Shown piece after piece: positions 8,751 through 17,915 of a stretch of DNA of 60,776 bases (position 1 is its first letter; the number at the start of each line of letters is the position of its first letter). A program made the translations under genes and the position numbers. Below the pieces are notes generated by a model that was given only the letters and a program-made list of their open reading frames with translations, did no database searches and was not told the DNA's origin. Source of the DNA: Bdellovibrionota bacterium (lineage in GTDB: Bacteria > Bdellovibrionota > UBA1018 > UBA923); contig JBFMCE010000005.1 of the NCBI GenBank assembly GCA_040754655.1, positions 1 through 60,776 on the forward strand, in the 5' to 3' direction.

Positions 8751-10631
8751 ATGGCAACCTTGATCAGCGCGCACAAGCTGCGCAAGACATTCTCAGAGCG
8801 ACCTCTTTTTGACGAGATCACTTTTACGATTGAAGGCGGTGAGCGCATTGGGCTTATCGGTCCCAACGGGGCAGGCAAATCCACGCTCTTAAAGATCCTT
8901 GCCGGGCTTCTTGCGCCGGACAGCGGCACCCTTTCATTTGGCAGAGGTCTTAAGGTCTCTTACCTGGCGCAGGTACCTGCTTTTTCAGAAGAGGCGACTG
9001 TGCTTTCAACGGTTCTTGAAGGTACCGGAAAAGAAAGCGACTTTGAACACGACTGGGAAAGAATCGTACTTGCGGAAGAGTACATCTCAAAGCTCTCGCT
9101 CAATCAAAACGGCATTGATTCTGAGACCAGAGTTGAAACTCTCTCCGGCGGATGGAAAAAACGAGTGGCGCTTGCCAGAGAGCTTGCGCGCAGACCAGAC
9201 CTTCTGCTTTTAGACGAGCCCACCAACCACCTTGATGTTGAGAGTATCCTTTGGCTTGAAGATTTCATGGCCAGGGCAAACTTCGCGACACTCACGGTGA
9301 GCCACGACAGGCTTTTCCTTCAGAGAATCGCAAACCGCATTTTAGAGCTCGACCGTCGGAATGCCGGAGGACTTTTGAGTGTGGACGGCGATTACACCAC
9401 CTACCTCGAACTCAAAGATCAGTTGATGCAAGCCCAAGAGCGCCGAGAGATCATCCTGAAGAATACCCTTCGTCGCGAGACGGAGTGGCTGCGCAGGGGT
9501 GCCAAGGCTCGAACCACGAAGCAGCAAGCAAGAATCACCCGCGCGGGTGAGTTGAAAGAAGAAGTAAGCGAACTCAACGCCAGAAACCAGTTTCGCACGG
9601 CAAAAATTGAATTTGCTTCGGTAGGCAGGTCGCCGAAACGCTTGATCGAAGCTACGGGCGTCGGCAAATCGTATGGTGGGCGCAAGCTGTTTCAAAACGT
9701 CGATCTTTCTATAGGGCCGGGCACCAGAGTTGCTCTCTTAGGTTCGAATGGCTGCGGGAAATCAACGCTCATTCGTGTCCTCTTGGGAAAAGAAACTGCC
9801 GACGCCGGTTCAGTGGTTCCTTCTGATAGGGTGTCAGTTGCGTATTTTGAGCAGAACCGAGAGACCTTAGATGGGCAGCAGACACTTTCTCAGACCCTTT
9901 GTCCGAGAGGGGATCACGTTGAGTTTCGAGGTTCAAGAGTTCATATTCGCAGTTATCTTGATCGGTTTCTTTTCACTTCGCCCCAAATGGACATGCCTGT
10001 GGGAAAGCTTTCAGGTGGCGAACAGAGCAGGTTGCTGATCGCAAAACTGATGTTGCAACCCGCGAATGTGCTTGTCCTCGATGAGCCTACGAATGATCTG
10101 GACATGGCTACTCTCAGTATCCTTGAGGAGTGCTTGACCGAGTTCGATGGCGCTGTGCTTTTAGTAACCCACGATCGTTATTTTTTAGATCAGGTGGCGA
10201 CACAGATTCTTGCTTTCCCCGAAGACGGCAGTGGAAAACTGGTTTCGTTCGCGAGCTTAGAGCAGTGGGAAGCGTGGCATGCCGATCGTCCACGAGTGAG
10301 CGCTGGTCAAAAGACATCGACAAATAAGGTTGAGCTAAAACAGCCAGAGGCGCGGACGGCTGTTGTTTCAAGCCTATCGGTCTCACCATCGGTCGGCGAA
10401 CAGATTGCGCAAAAAAAACGAAAACTCAGTTACAAAGACCAGCGCGAGCTTGATTCGATGGAGAACACGATCCATCGCGCCGAAGAAGAACTCGCGAGGC
10501 TTGCCGCTGAGAGCGAGCTGCCAGAAAATGCCGCAAATGCAAAGAGGCTCGGTGAGCTGTCGACTGCGATGGCAAAAGCGCAAAGCGAAATCGAAAGGCT
10601 TTACGCCAGGTGGAGCGAGCTCGAGAAATAG
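8751..10631 (+). CDS. uup: ABC-F family ATPase Uup
   Basis: Two ABC cassettes (GPNGAGKST/LSGGW/DEPTNHLD and GSNGCGKST/LSGGE/DEPTNDLD); KARTTKQQAR linker; C-terminal KLSYKDQREL...LYARWSELE. Confidence 0.92.
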   Translation: MATLISAHKLRKTFSERPLFDEITFTIEGGERIGLIGPNGAGKSTLLKILAGLLAPDSGTLSFGRGLKVSYLAQVPAFSEEATVLSTVLEGTGKESDFEHDWERIVLAEEYISKLSLNQNGIDSETRVETLSGGWKKRVALARELARRPDLLLLDEPTNHLDVESILWLEDFMARANFATLTVSHDRLFLQRIANRILELDRRNAGGLLSVDGDYTTYLELKDQLMQAQERREIILKNTLRRETEWLRRGAKARTTKQQARITRAGELKEEVSELNARNQFRTAKIEFASVGRSPKRLIEATGVGKSYGGRKLFQNVDLSIGPGTRVALLGSNGCGKSTLIRVLLGKETADAGSVVPSDRVSVAYFEQNRETLDGQQTLSQTLCPRGDHVEFRGSRVHIRSYLDRFLFTSPQMDMPVGKLSGGEQSRLLIAKLMLQPANVLVLDEPTNDLDMATLSILEECLTEFDGAVLLVTHDRYFLDQVATQILAFPEDGSGKLVSFASLEQWEAWHADRPRVSAGQKTSTNKVELKQPEARTAVVSSLSVSPSVGEQIAQKKRKLSYKDQRELDSMENTIHRAEEELARLAAESELPENAANAKRLGELSTAMAKAQSEIERLYARWSELEK

Positions 10632-10714
10632 GCAGCGCGGGCGTGATAAGTCTGACAAAGGTCGGACCGCAAATTTCTGAGGATAAGTGATTCCTGTAAT
10701 GCTGTTGCTAACCG

Positions 10715-11914
10715 CTACTCGTTGCAAGTAGAGCACTGCGATTTGAGATATGCTAGCTCTTCTTCTGCATCTTCTATATCGATCTCGAGTTCTTTAATGT
10801 CTTGCGAGATGCGCACGGTTATGCATTTTTCAACTTGGACCAAGGCGTTCGAGGGAAGTAGATCAATGCATACGCTCTCGTAAAGCCGCAGGCAGCTGTT
10901 TTGAGGAGAAGGGTCGATATCAAGGTCTGAGCAATGCCGTGAAATGATGTTACTGCACTGATCGCAGGCTTTTCCTCCGCCTTCGCGAAGCCATTCCTTA
11001 GACCGTTTTTTTCTATTGTGCTCGCTTTTAAGGTTCTCTAGGATCGATTCGACTTCCTTGTAGTTTTCAAGAGTGGCTTGCTCTTCAATCTCGGCAGCCG
11101 TGTAATCTGAGTAAGCCTTTGTATGTTGAGGATCGGTCAGAAACTCTGGGGGCAAGGAGATTCCCGTCGCTGAGATGCCCTCCATCATTTGTTCGAATAC
11201 CGAAGGAGAGTGCTCTTTTCGTGCCGTGGCGACGAGATCAGAGCCAATCTCAACTTCGCTGACCGAGACCCAAATCGCATTGGGTTGCCGTACGAGCTTT
11301 TTGTCACAGCGTCTAAAGTACATGGGATCATTGATTTGAGGAGCGGTCAGTTTAAGAATTTGTTTTTCAACGAGACCCGTCCATTCATTCATGCCTTCGT
11401 CCTGAACCCATTTTTTTAGCCGCTCTAAGTTCCAACCCTTGGGCACGCGCAGGAAGAACTTGGGTTTTTGCATATCCAGTTCGGCTGAGCGAAAGGCGAG
11501 GAGCTGAGGTTTAGGAGGTGAGTTTTTTATCTCTTTTGCCGTGTCAGTTGGGTTTTGTGCAGGATCTGTCTTTGGGGCAAGAAGCAAGTGTCTGTCGAAT
11601 TGCTCTCCAAACACTACTGCCTGGACATCGTCCGCACCGTCAAGACCCCATTCGGCAAGTTTCGCATTAGGGTTTTCAACGAAGGCGCGGATCATTTGTG
11701 CTTCATCTAAAGATCCCGTAAAAACCTGCGGAACACAACTGACCGCAGATCCTTTTTTAGCCAGGATGCAAGGCTTTCCGTTGACCGAATACCCCGCCTT
11801 ATTACCCAGAGTCTTGTAATTGAATACGGCGTATCGTGAGGCGTCACCAGCGATGGAAGCTTGTTCGAACGAGGGTAAGAAAAGTATAAAGAGGGCCAGA
11901 CACTTCCACTTCAT
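10715..11914 (-). CDS. secreted hypothetical protein with Cys-rich C-terminus
   Basis: Signal peptide; 399-aa ORF directly downstream of the amidase; 8 Cys in the last about 85 aa. Confidence 0.7.
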   Translation of the reverse strand: MKWKCLALFILFLPSFEQASIAGDASRYAVFNYKTLGNKAGYSVNGKPCILAKKGSAVSCVPQVFTGSLDEAQMIRAFVENPNAKLAEWGLDGADDVQAVVFGEQFDRHLLLAPKTDPAQNPTDTAKEIKNSPPKPQLLAFRSAELDMQKPKFFLRVPKGWNLERLKKWVQDEGMNEWTGLVEKQILKLTAPQINDPMYFRRCDKKLVRQPNAIWVSVSEVEIGSDLVATARKEHSPSVFEQMMEGISATGISLPPEFLTDPQHTKAYSDYTAAEIEEQATLENYKEVESILENLKSEHNRKKRSKEWLREGGGKACDQCSNIISRHCSDLDIDPSPQNSCLRLYESVCIDLLPSNALVQVEKCITVRISQDIKELEIDIEDAEEELAYLKSQCSTCNE

Positions 11915-11922
11915 CTGTCGTC

Positions 11923-12828
11923 CTATTCTTTAATGACAAAGCACCAGTTGGGTTTTTGGTTCTTAGTCTTAGAGATTCCCGATATTTTGAGCGCTTCTTG
12001 GTGAGAGTGGGTGCTTGCCAGAGCTCGCTTCTGTCGCTGGGATCGCCACCAGTCAAGAATGCCTTGGCCGAGGCGTTGTGCGAGCAGATTTTGGTATGAA
12101 GGGGTCATCAGATGCAAAAGTTCTTGAGGGTTGCTGATGAAGCCAGGTTCAAACAGTATTCCAGGCATCCGGGTTTGCATGAGAACGTAAAAGAGAGCTT
12201 GGTGGATGCCACGGTTTCGAGCTGGCATTTTCTTTTCCTTCAATCCGCTCACCACTGAGCTTTGAATCGCGCAAGCAAGCTTCACCGATTCGGCGTAGTT
12301 TGCTGTCGTGGCAAGGTCAGACATGATCAGCTCTAGTGGCTCATGGCTTTGTTGAAAGCGTTTTCCATTTTCGAGGTCGGCAAGCCTTCGCGAAGCTTCA
12401 TTGTTGGTCGCGTTAAAAACATAGGTCTCAATGCCTGAGCTGCGGGCATCGACGTTAGAGTTGGCGTGGATTGAGACAAAGACGGTCGAGGGTGACCTGC
12501 TGCTCACCTGATTTGCAATCTCTACTCTTTGATCAAGTCCAATAAAGTTGTCTTTAGAACGGGTAAGGATGACGCGTGCTCCCCGATTGAGTAGATAACG
12601 TTTCGTAAGGCGCGCGAGGTTCAGGGTAATCTCTTTTTCCGCGATTGTTTTTCCACCGAGCCGGCGTACAGCGCCGTGGTCGTCGCCTCCATGGCCGGCG
12701 TCAAGAATGACGGTCAGGGAAGAGGCGTGTAGGGCTTGAGTCGAGATCATGCTCAAGAGTGCGCCAACAGGGGCAACAACCGAACAAGTTCTCGCGCTGA
12801 AAAGCAGGGTTCGTAGTCGTCGCATCAC
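11923..12828 (-). CDS. N-acetylmuramoyl-L-alanine amidase (Amidase_3, AmiC-like catalytic domain)
   Basis: ILDAGHGGDDHGA, EKEITL, FVSIHAN, LFEPGFISN zinc motifs; signal peptide. Confidence 0.92.
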   Translation of the reverse strand: MMRRLRTLLFSARTCSVVAPVGALLSMISTQALHASSLTVILDAGHGGDDHGAVRRLGGKTIAEKEITLNLARLTKRYLLNRGARVILTRSKDNFIGLDQRVEIANQVSSRSPSTVFVSIHANSNVDARSSGIETYVFNATNNEASRRLADLENGKRFQQSHEPLELIMSDLATTANYAESVKLACAIQSSVVSGLKEKKMPARNRGIHQALFYVLMQTRMPGILFEPGFISNPQELLHLMTPSYQNLLAQRLGQGILDWWRSQRQKRALASTHSHQEALKISGISKTKNQKPNWCFVIKE

Positions 12829-12990
12829 AGTATTAAGTTTAACCTAGAGAGAGGTAAATCTCTGGTGGGAAAGTTTTGCCGGAATTGAGCATTCCTGAGA
12901 TGAGACGCCGGTCGACGCTTGTGGCGCGGAAATCTGGCTATTTGCTCAAGCACCTGTCTAGCTTAGGCTATGGCCGATTTACTAAGTTTA

Positions 12991-15813
12991 CTAAAGTTCC
13001 CTCAGGGTCGACGTGTTCTCCGTCTGAGTCAGCCTGGATTTTGCTGCGGTCATTTTTTGTTTCCACTCCGCCAATTGCACCATGGCTTGAAGGGGAGTGA
13101 GTTCGTCCAAACGAACAGATTCTAGCCAGGCCTGTAATTCAGCCGCCATCGCCGATGAAGGATTAACCGGGCTTTTCGCGGAAGACTCTGTGGCTGGACC
13201 GATCTCATTGTGCGCATCGAGCGTATTCTTGTCTTCGAGACCTGACTTTCGCTTCCGAGCTAAATTCAAGAACAGTTGAGAATCATTTTTCTGCTTGCGT
13301 CCCGGAGTGCGTGCTTGCGCTTCAAGTTGTTCAAGCAAGGTTTGAGCATTTGAAAGCACGTCTGGCGAAAGCCCAGCGAGCCTTGCGACCAAGATTCCGT
13401 AAGACCTCTCGGCCACACCAGACTCAAGCCGATACAAAAACTTGATCGTAGGATGGTGATGCGAATCGTGGCCAGTTGAATCAGAGGCTTGCGCCGCTGA
13501 ACCCATCCCTCCGGTTGCAGGTCCCACGGCGACGGCAACCCGGGCGTTCACGACCGTCGAGTAGTCGTCAGCCAACTGCGTGAGCTCGTGGTAATGAGTT
13601 GCAAACAATGTGCGTGCACGAATTTTATCGGCAATCTCTCTTGCTAGAGCCCACGCCAGACTCATTCCATCATAGGTGCTGGTGCCTCTGCCGATCTCAT
13701 CAATCAAGATCAGGCTCCGCTTGGTTGCGTGCCGCAAGATGAAGCTCATCTCGCTCATTTCAACCATGAAAGTTGATGAGCCCTCGGAAGTGTTGTCATT
13801 AGCTCCGATTCGAGTGAAGATCCTGTCGACAATCCCAATTCGCGACGATTTGGCGGGTACGAATGACCCAATCTGAGCAAGGAGCGCAATCAGGGCGGTT
13901 TGCCTCATGACGGTGCTCTTGCCGCCCATGTTGGGGCCAGTGATCAAAAGGAAGGGATGCTTCCCGCTCAAGTGAACCGTGTTCGGGACGAAGCGGTTTG
14001 ATTTCAGCTGCCGGTTGAGCATCACTGAAACAGTGGGGTGTCTGCCTTCTTCAATCTCAAGATCAAGCGAGTCTTCAAGCTTTGGTCTGACGTATTCATC
14101 TTCAATGGCGACCTCGGCAAGCGAACAGGCAACATCAAGATGGGCAACGGCCTTTGCGGTTGCGATGATTGAGGTTGCCAGTTCAGTGAATTTTGAGCAA
14201 AACTCGCGAAAAAGCGCGTACTCCATGTCGCAGCGTTTTTTTTCCGCGGTCAGGATTTTTTCCTCGAATTTCTTGAGTTCATCGGTGACGTAGCGCTCGC
14301 CTCCAACCATCGTTTGTTTTCGGATGTAGTGTTCGGGCACCGCCTTCAAATTCGCTTTCGTGATCTCGATGTAATAGCCAAAGACGCGGTTGAATCGCAC
14401 CTTAAGGCTGGTGATGCCGGTGGCCTTTCGCTCGCGAGCCTCAAAGTCGGCAAGCCACTGCTCTCCGTTTTGTGAAAGTTCAATCAGCTCATCGAGGTCA
14501 ATGTGAAACCCACGCCGGAAAACGCCCCCCTCGCGCGCCGAAAAGGGCACCACCTCAGCTAGAGCGGCCAGGGTTTCGCGAGTGAGTGAGATAAGCTCTG
14601 CTCCGAGCGCCTGCGCAAGCGCAGTTTCGATCGCCGACAACCCCTTGTTTCCTTCACGAGACATCAGGTCATGCAGTTGAATCGATTTTTCAATGGAGGA
14701 AGCGAGGTTAAATAGATCTCGAGGGGTCGCTACCGCTCCTTGGCCAAGACTGACTCGAGAGATGAGGCGCTCTAGATCATAAATTTCTTGCAAGAGAGGA
14801 TGGAATTTCGAAAAACTCTCAAGCAGGCTTTCGACCTGATCGAGCCTTGTTTCGATCGCTTTTCTTGAGGTGAGTGGACGAAGGATCCACTCGCGCAACA
14901 ATCTTCCACCCATCGCTGTTTTCGTGCGATCGAGCCAGTGCAGAAGGCTGTAGTTCCGGTTCTGCTGGGGCAAAAGCTCTAGTGCCCTGATCGTGGCTGA
15001 GTCCAGTTCCATTGAATCCTGGCTCCCCCAACGTTCGACTCGTATTACGGATGGAATTCGCGGCGCTTTCTGGGTTTCTTGGAAGTATTTGATCAATGCT
15101 CCAACGGCCCCCGCAGCGGGTTGGAGTTCGGGGTGTATCGCTGACAAGCTTTGCGCGGAAAACTGCTCTCGAATGCGTTCCGCGCCATATTCATTTTCGA
15201 AGTAAAAAGAAGGAACTCGCTGGGCAAATGTCTGGGGTGCGTTTTCGCGCCAAAGTTCGAAAAGCGATCCTTCTTTTTCTTGGTCTGAGAATAAAAGTTC
15301 AGAGAGGCCCTGCGCTTGAGCATACGCGAGCCACTCTTCTGCTGAAGAAGAAAAGCCAAACCAAAATTTCCCGGTCGTATAATCACAAGTGGCCCAAACC
15401 ACTTCGTCATGACGAAGCACTGCCGCATGAGTGAAGTTGGGGGCTTTGGCTTCCAATGCTTCTAAATCAAGGCGAGTTCCCGGCGATACGACGCGGATCA
15501 CATCTCGCTTCACTATGCCTTTGGTCATGGCAGGATCTTCGAGTTGTTCGCAGATCGCGACTTTATGGCCGGAATTCACCAACCGGTTGACGTAGTTGGT
15601 CGCGGCATGATGAGGCACCCCGCACATGGGCACCGGATCAGGATCATTTCGATTGCGCGAGGTCAGGGCGATTTCAAGCGCTTTGGCCGCGATTTTCGCG
15701 TCTTCAAAGAAAAGCTCGTAAAAGTCGCCCATCCGGAAGAACAAGAGCGAATCGGGAAATCGCGATTTCACTTCATGATACTGCCGCATGAGCGGCGTCG
15801 ATTCTTTCGCCAT
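12991..15813 (-). CDS. mutS: DNA mismatch repair protein MutS
   Basis: TPLMRQY, FRMGDFYELF, ITGPNMGGKST, STFMVEM, DEIGRGTSTYDG, ATHYHEL. Confidence 0.98.
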   Translation of the reverse strand: MAKESTPLMRQYHEVKSRFPDSLLFFRMGDFYELFFEDAKIAAKALEIALTSRNRNDPDPVPMCGVPHHAATNYVNRLVNSGHKVAICEQLEDPAMTKGIVKRDVIRVVSPGTRLDLEALEAKAPNFTHAAVLRHDEVVWATCDYTTGKFWFGFSSSAEEWLAYAQAQGLSELLFSDQEKEGSLFELWRENAPQTFAQRVPSFYFENEYGAERIREQFSAQSLSAIHPELQPAAGAVGALIKYFQETQKAPRIPSVIRVERWGSQDSMELDSATIRALELLPQQNRNYSLLHWLDRTKTAMGGRLLREWILRPLTSRKAIETRLDQVESLLESFSKFHPLLQEIYDLERLISRVSLGQGAVATPRDLFNLASSIEKSIQLHDLMSREGNKGLSAIETALAQALGAELISLTRETLAALAEVVPFSAREGGVFRRGFHIDLDELIELSQNGEQWLADFEARERKATGITSLKVRFNRVFGYYIEITKANLKAVPEHYIRKQTMVGGERYVTDELKKFEEKILTAEKKRCDMEYALFREFCSKFTELATSIIATAKAVAHLDVACSLAEVAIEDEYVRPKLEDSLDLEIEEGRHPTVSVMLNRQLKSNRFVPNTVHLSGKHPFLLITGPNMGGKSTVMRQTALIALLAQIGSFVPAKSSRIGIVDRIFTRIGANDNTSEGSSTFMVEMSEMSFILRHATKRSLILIDEIGRGTSTYDGMSLAWALAREIADKIRARTLFATHYHELTQLADDYSTVVNARVAVAVGPATGGMGSAAQASDSTGHDSHHHPTIKFLYRLESGVAERSYGILVARLAGLSPDVLSNAQTLLEQLEAQARTPGRKQKNDSQLFLNLARKRKSGLEDKNTLDAHNEIGPATESSAKSPVNPSSAMAAELQAWLESVRLDELTPLQAMVQLAEWKQKMTAAKSRLTQTENTSTLREL

Positions 15814-15939
15814 GAAAAGTACTCTTAACGAGAGTGATTCTACCCGTCAATCTCTGGCTTTGGCCTGATCTCTAATCTAGCTGCCCGCTCAAACGGTCTG
15901 ACATTTGCTTCTTTCAGCTACTATAAGGAGGCGCTAGCC

Positions 15940-16113
15940 ATGACCAACGTTCGACAATATCTCGGAGACGCCAAGTTTCCGGCCAGCAAACGAGAATTGA
16001 TTGATTGTGCGCGTAGTCACAATGCCCCGACAGATGTCATCACCACAATTGAGAAGATGAGCGATCGCAGTTATCGCGATCTCAGTGAAGTCGTACGAGA
16101 AGTAAGCCTGTAG
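15940..16113 (+). CDS. DUF2795-like small protein (57 aa; not in the ORF track)
   Basis: AAGGAGG SD then MTNVRQYLGDAKFPASKRELIDCARSHNAPTDVITTIEKMSDRSYRDLSEVVREVSL; L-x-x-x-x-FPA-x-K-x-EL ... DRxY pattern recalls DUF2795. Confidence 0.8.
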   Translation: MTNVRQYLGDAKFPASKRELIDCARSHNAPTDVITTIEKMSDRSYRDLSEVVREVSL

Positions 16114-16163
16114 TGATTTAGCTTCTGGCGTGTTTGGTTCACGTCCTTAACTGAAAACACGCT

Positions 16164-17915
16164 TTAGTCTGAAAGACGAATCACTTCGACGGCGCCTGTG
16201 GGGCAGATTTGCATGCAGGCGTCGTCGAATGTGCAATTCTTGCAGTTTGGTTCCTTCAAATGCACTCGCCGGTTCTGCACTCCGAAAATATCGTTGGGGC
16301 ATACCTCAACACAGCCGCCGCACTGGATACAGAGATTCTGATCAAGAACAAATTGAGCTTTTTCGGTGCGATAACCGCTGATGTTCTCGTCAAAGGGACC
16401 AGAAGCTTTCTTGGGTTTTTTTCTAGCTTCGTCGATGGCCGCCGCGCTTTCTTTGCGTACGGTAACCACTTTCAAGAGGTTGGTGGTGCCATGCTTCAAA
16501 GGCGGCCAACCAGCGGTGAGCACGACGAGGTCTCCTTTTTCCACAAGCCTCGCATTGACTAAAGCTTCTTCGGCGTAATCAAAAAGTTTCTCAATATCAG
16601 TGCTGGATTCAGTTTCACAGGTCTGAACGCCCCAAACCAGGGCAAGCTTGCGTTGCACAGCGGGATTATCGGTGAAGGCCATGATGGGAACAGTGGGACG
16701 GTACCTCGCAAGAGCCTGAGCGGCTTGCCCCGTGTGAGTGGTACAGGCGATGGCTTTAGCCCCAACCCAGGTGGCAAGATTCGCGGCCGCATGTTCGATG
16801 GCATCGACTAACGAGGGCGAACGCAAAGAAAAAGAATGTGATTCGGGATGCGATTTGCCTGAGCCGTTCGCCAAAACAGGAACGCGTTGCTCGGTTTCTA
16901 AGATAATATTGTGCATCACCGAGACCGTAAGAACCGGAAATTTTCCAGAAGCCGTCTCAGCCGACAACATCACGGCGTCAGTACCATCGAGCACGGCGTT
17001 TGCTACGTCACTCGCTTCTGCGCGGGTCGGGCGCGGAAGGTTGATCATGCTCTCAAGCATTTGAGTCGCGGTGATCACCGGAATGCCGCGCGCGTTGCAC
17101 TCACGAATGATTTGTTTCTGAAGGGTAGGGACTTGGGCTGTGCCTACTTCGACGGCCAAATCTCCCCTGGCCACCATGACGGCGTCAGTGACTTCGAGGA
17201 TTTCTTTTAAATTGGCGATGGCTTCGCCCTTCTCGATCTTCGATACCACCGGGATGTTCTTGCGGTGCGCGTGCATGAATTTCTGCACCGTTCGAACATC
17301 GTTGGCCGTGCGGACAAACGAGAGCGCAACGTAGTCAACGCCGAGCTTCAGCCCGAATAGCAGATCCTCGCGGTCTTTGGGCGTGAAGCTGTCGATGGTG
17401 ATGTTGGTATCAGGAAAGTTCATTCCCTTATGGTTTTTCAGGGGGCCCCCGAAGACAACCTGGGCCAAAATGTCTTGATCATTGATTCCCGTCACGACGA
17501 CTTCAAGGTTTCCGTCGTCCATCAAAATACGGTGGCCGACCTTGATCTCTTGAGCGAGGCGTTCATAGTTGTAGGGAACTACGGCGCGCGATGCAGATGT
17601 CACTGCGTTCTCAGTGCCTTCAAGCCTTAAGACGATCTCTTGGCCTTTTTCCAACGTGATTATGCCGGCAGGAAACTTTCCGACGCGAAGCTTTGGGCCT
17701 TGCAGGTCTTGCAGGATCGCTACTGCGCGTCCCAGTTTCTTGGCTGCTTCCCTGACCGTATCAAAGCGTGTTTGGTGGTCTTCTTTGGTGCCGTGGGAGA
17801 AGTTGAAACGGAAGACGTTGACCCCGGCCTTGATCAGGTTTTCAATGGTGACAGAGTCTGAGCTCGAGGGGCCTAGGGTTGCGACAATCTTAGCTCTTCT
17901 TAAGGGCAAGTTCAT
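16164..17915 (-). CDS. pyk: pyruvate kinase with C-terminal 4Fe-4S dicluster (ferredoxin-like) domain
   Basis: KIVATLGPSS, DLQGPKLR, KIEK, MVARGDL, ATQMLESM, DAVMLSAETA; C-terminal CIQCGGCVEVCP and CKNCTFDDACMQICP. Confidence 0.95.
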   Translation of the reverse strand: MNLPLRRAKIVATLGPSSSDSVTIENLIKAGVNVFRFNFSHGTKEDHQTRFDTVREAAKKLGRAVAILQDLQGPKLRVGKFPAGIITLEKGQEIVLRLEGTENAVTSASRAVVPYNYERLAQEIKVGHRILMDDGNLEVVVTGINDQDILAQVVFGGPLKNHKGMNFPDTNITIDSFTPKDREDLLFGLKLGVDYVALSFVRTANDVRTVQKFMHAHRKNIPVVSKIEKGEAIANLKEILEVTDAVMVARGDLAVEVGTAQVPTLQKQIIRECNARGIPVITATQMLESMINLPRPTRAEASDVANAVLDGTDAVMLSAETASGKFPVLTVSVMHNIILETEQRVPVLANGSGKSHPESHSFSLRSPSLVDAIEHAAANLATWVGAKAIACTTHTGQAAQALARYRPTVPIMAFTDNPAVQRKLALVWGVQTCETESSTDIEKLFDYAEEALVNARLVEKGDLVVLTAGWPPLKHGTTNLLKVVTVRKESAAAIDEARKKPKKASGPFDENISGYRTEKAQFVLDQNLCIQCGGCVEVCPNDIFGVQNRRVHLKEPNCKNCTFDDACMQICPTGAVEVIRLSD

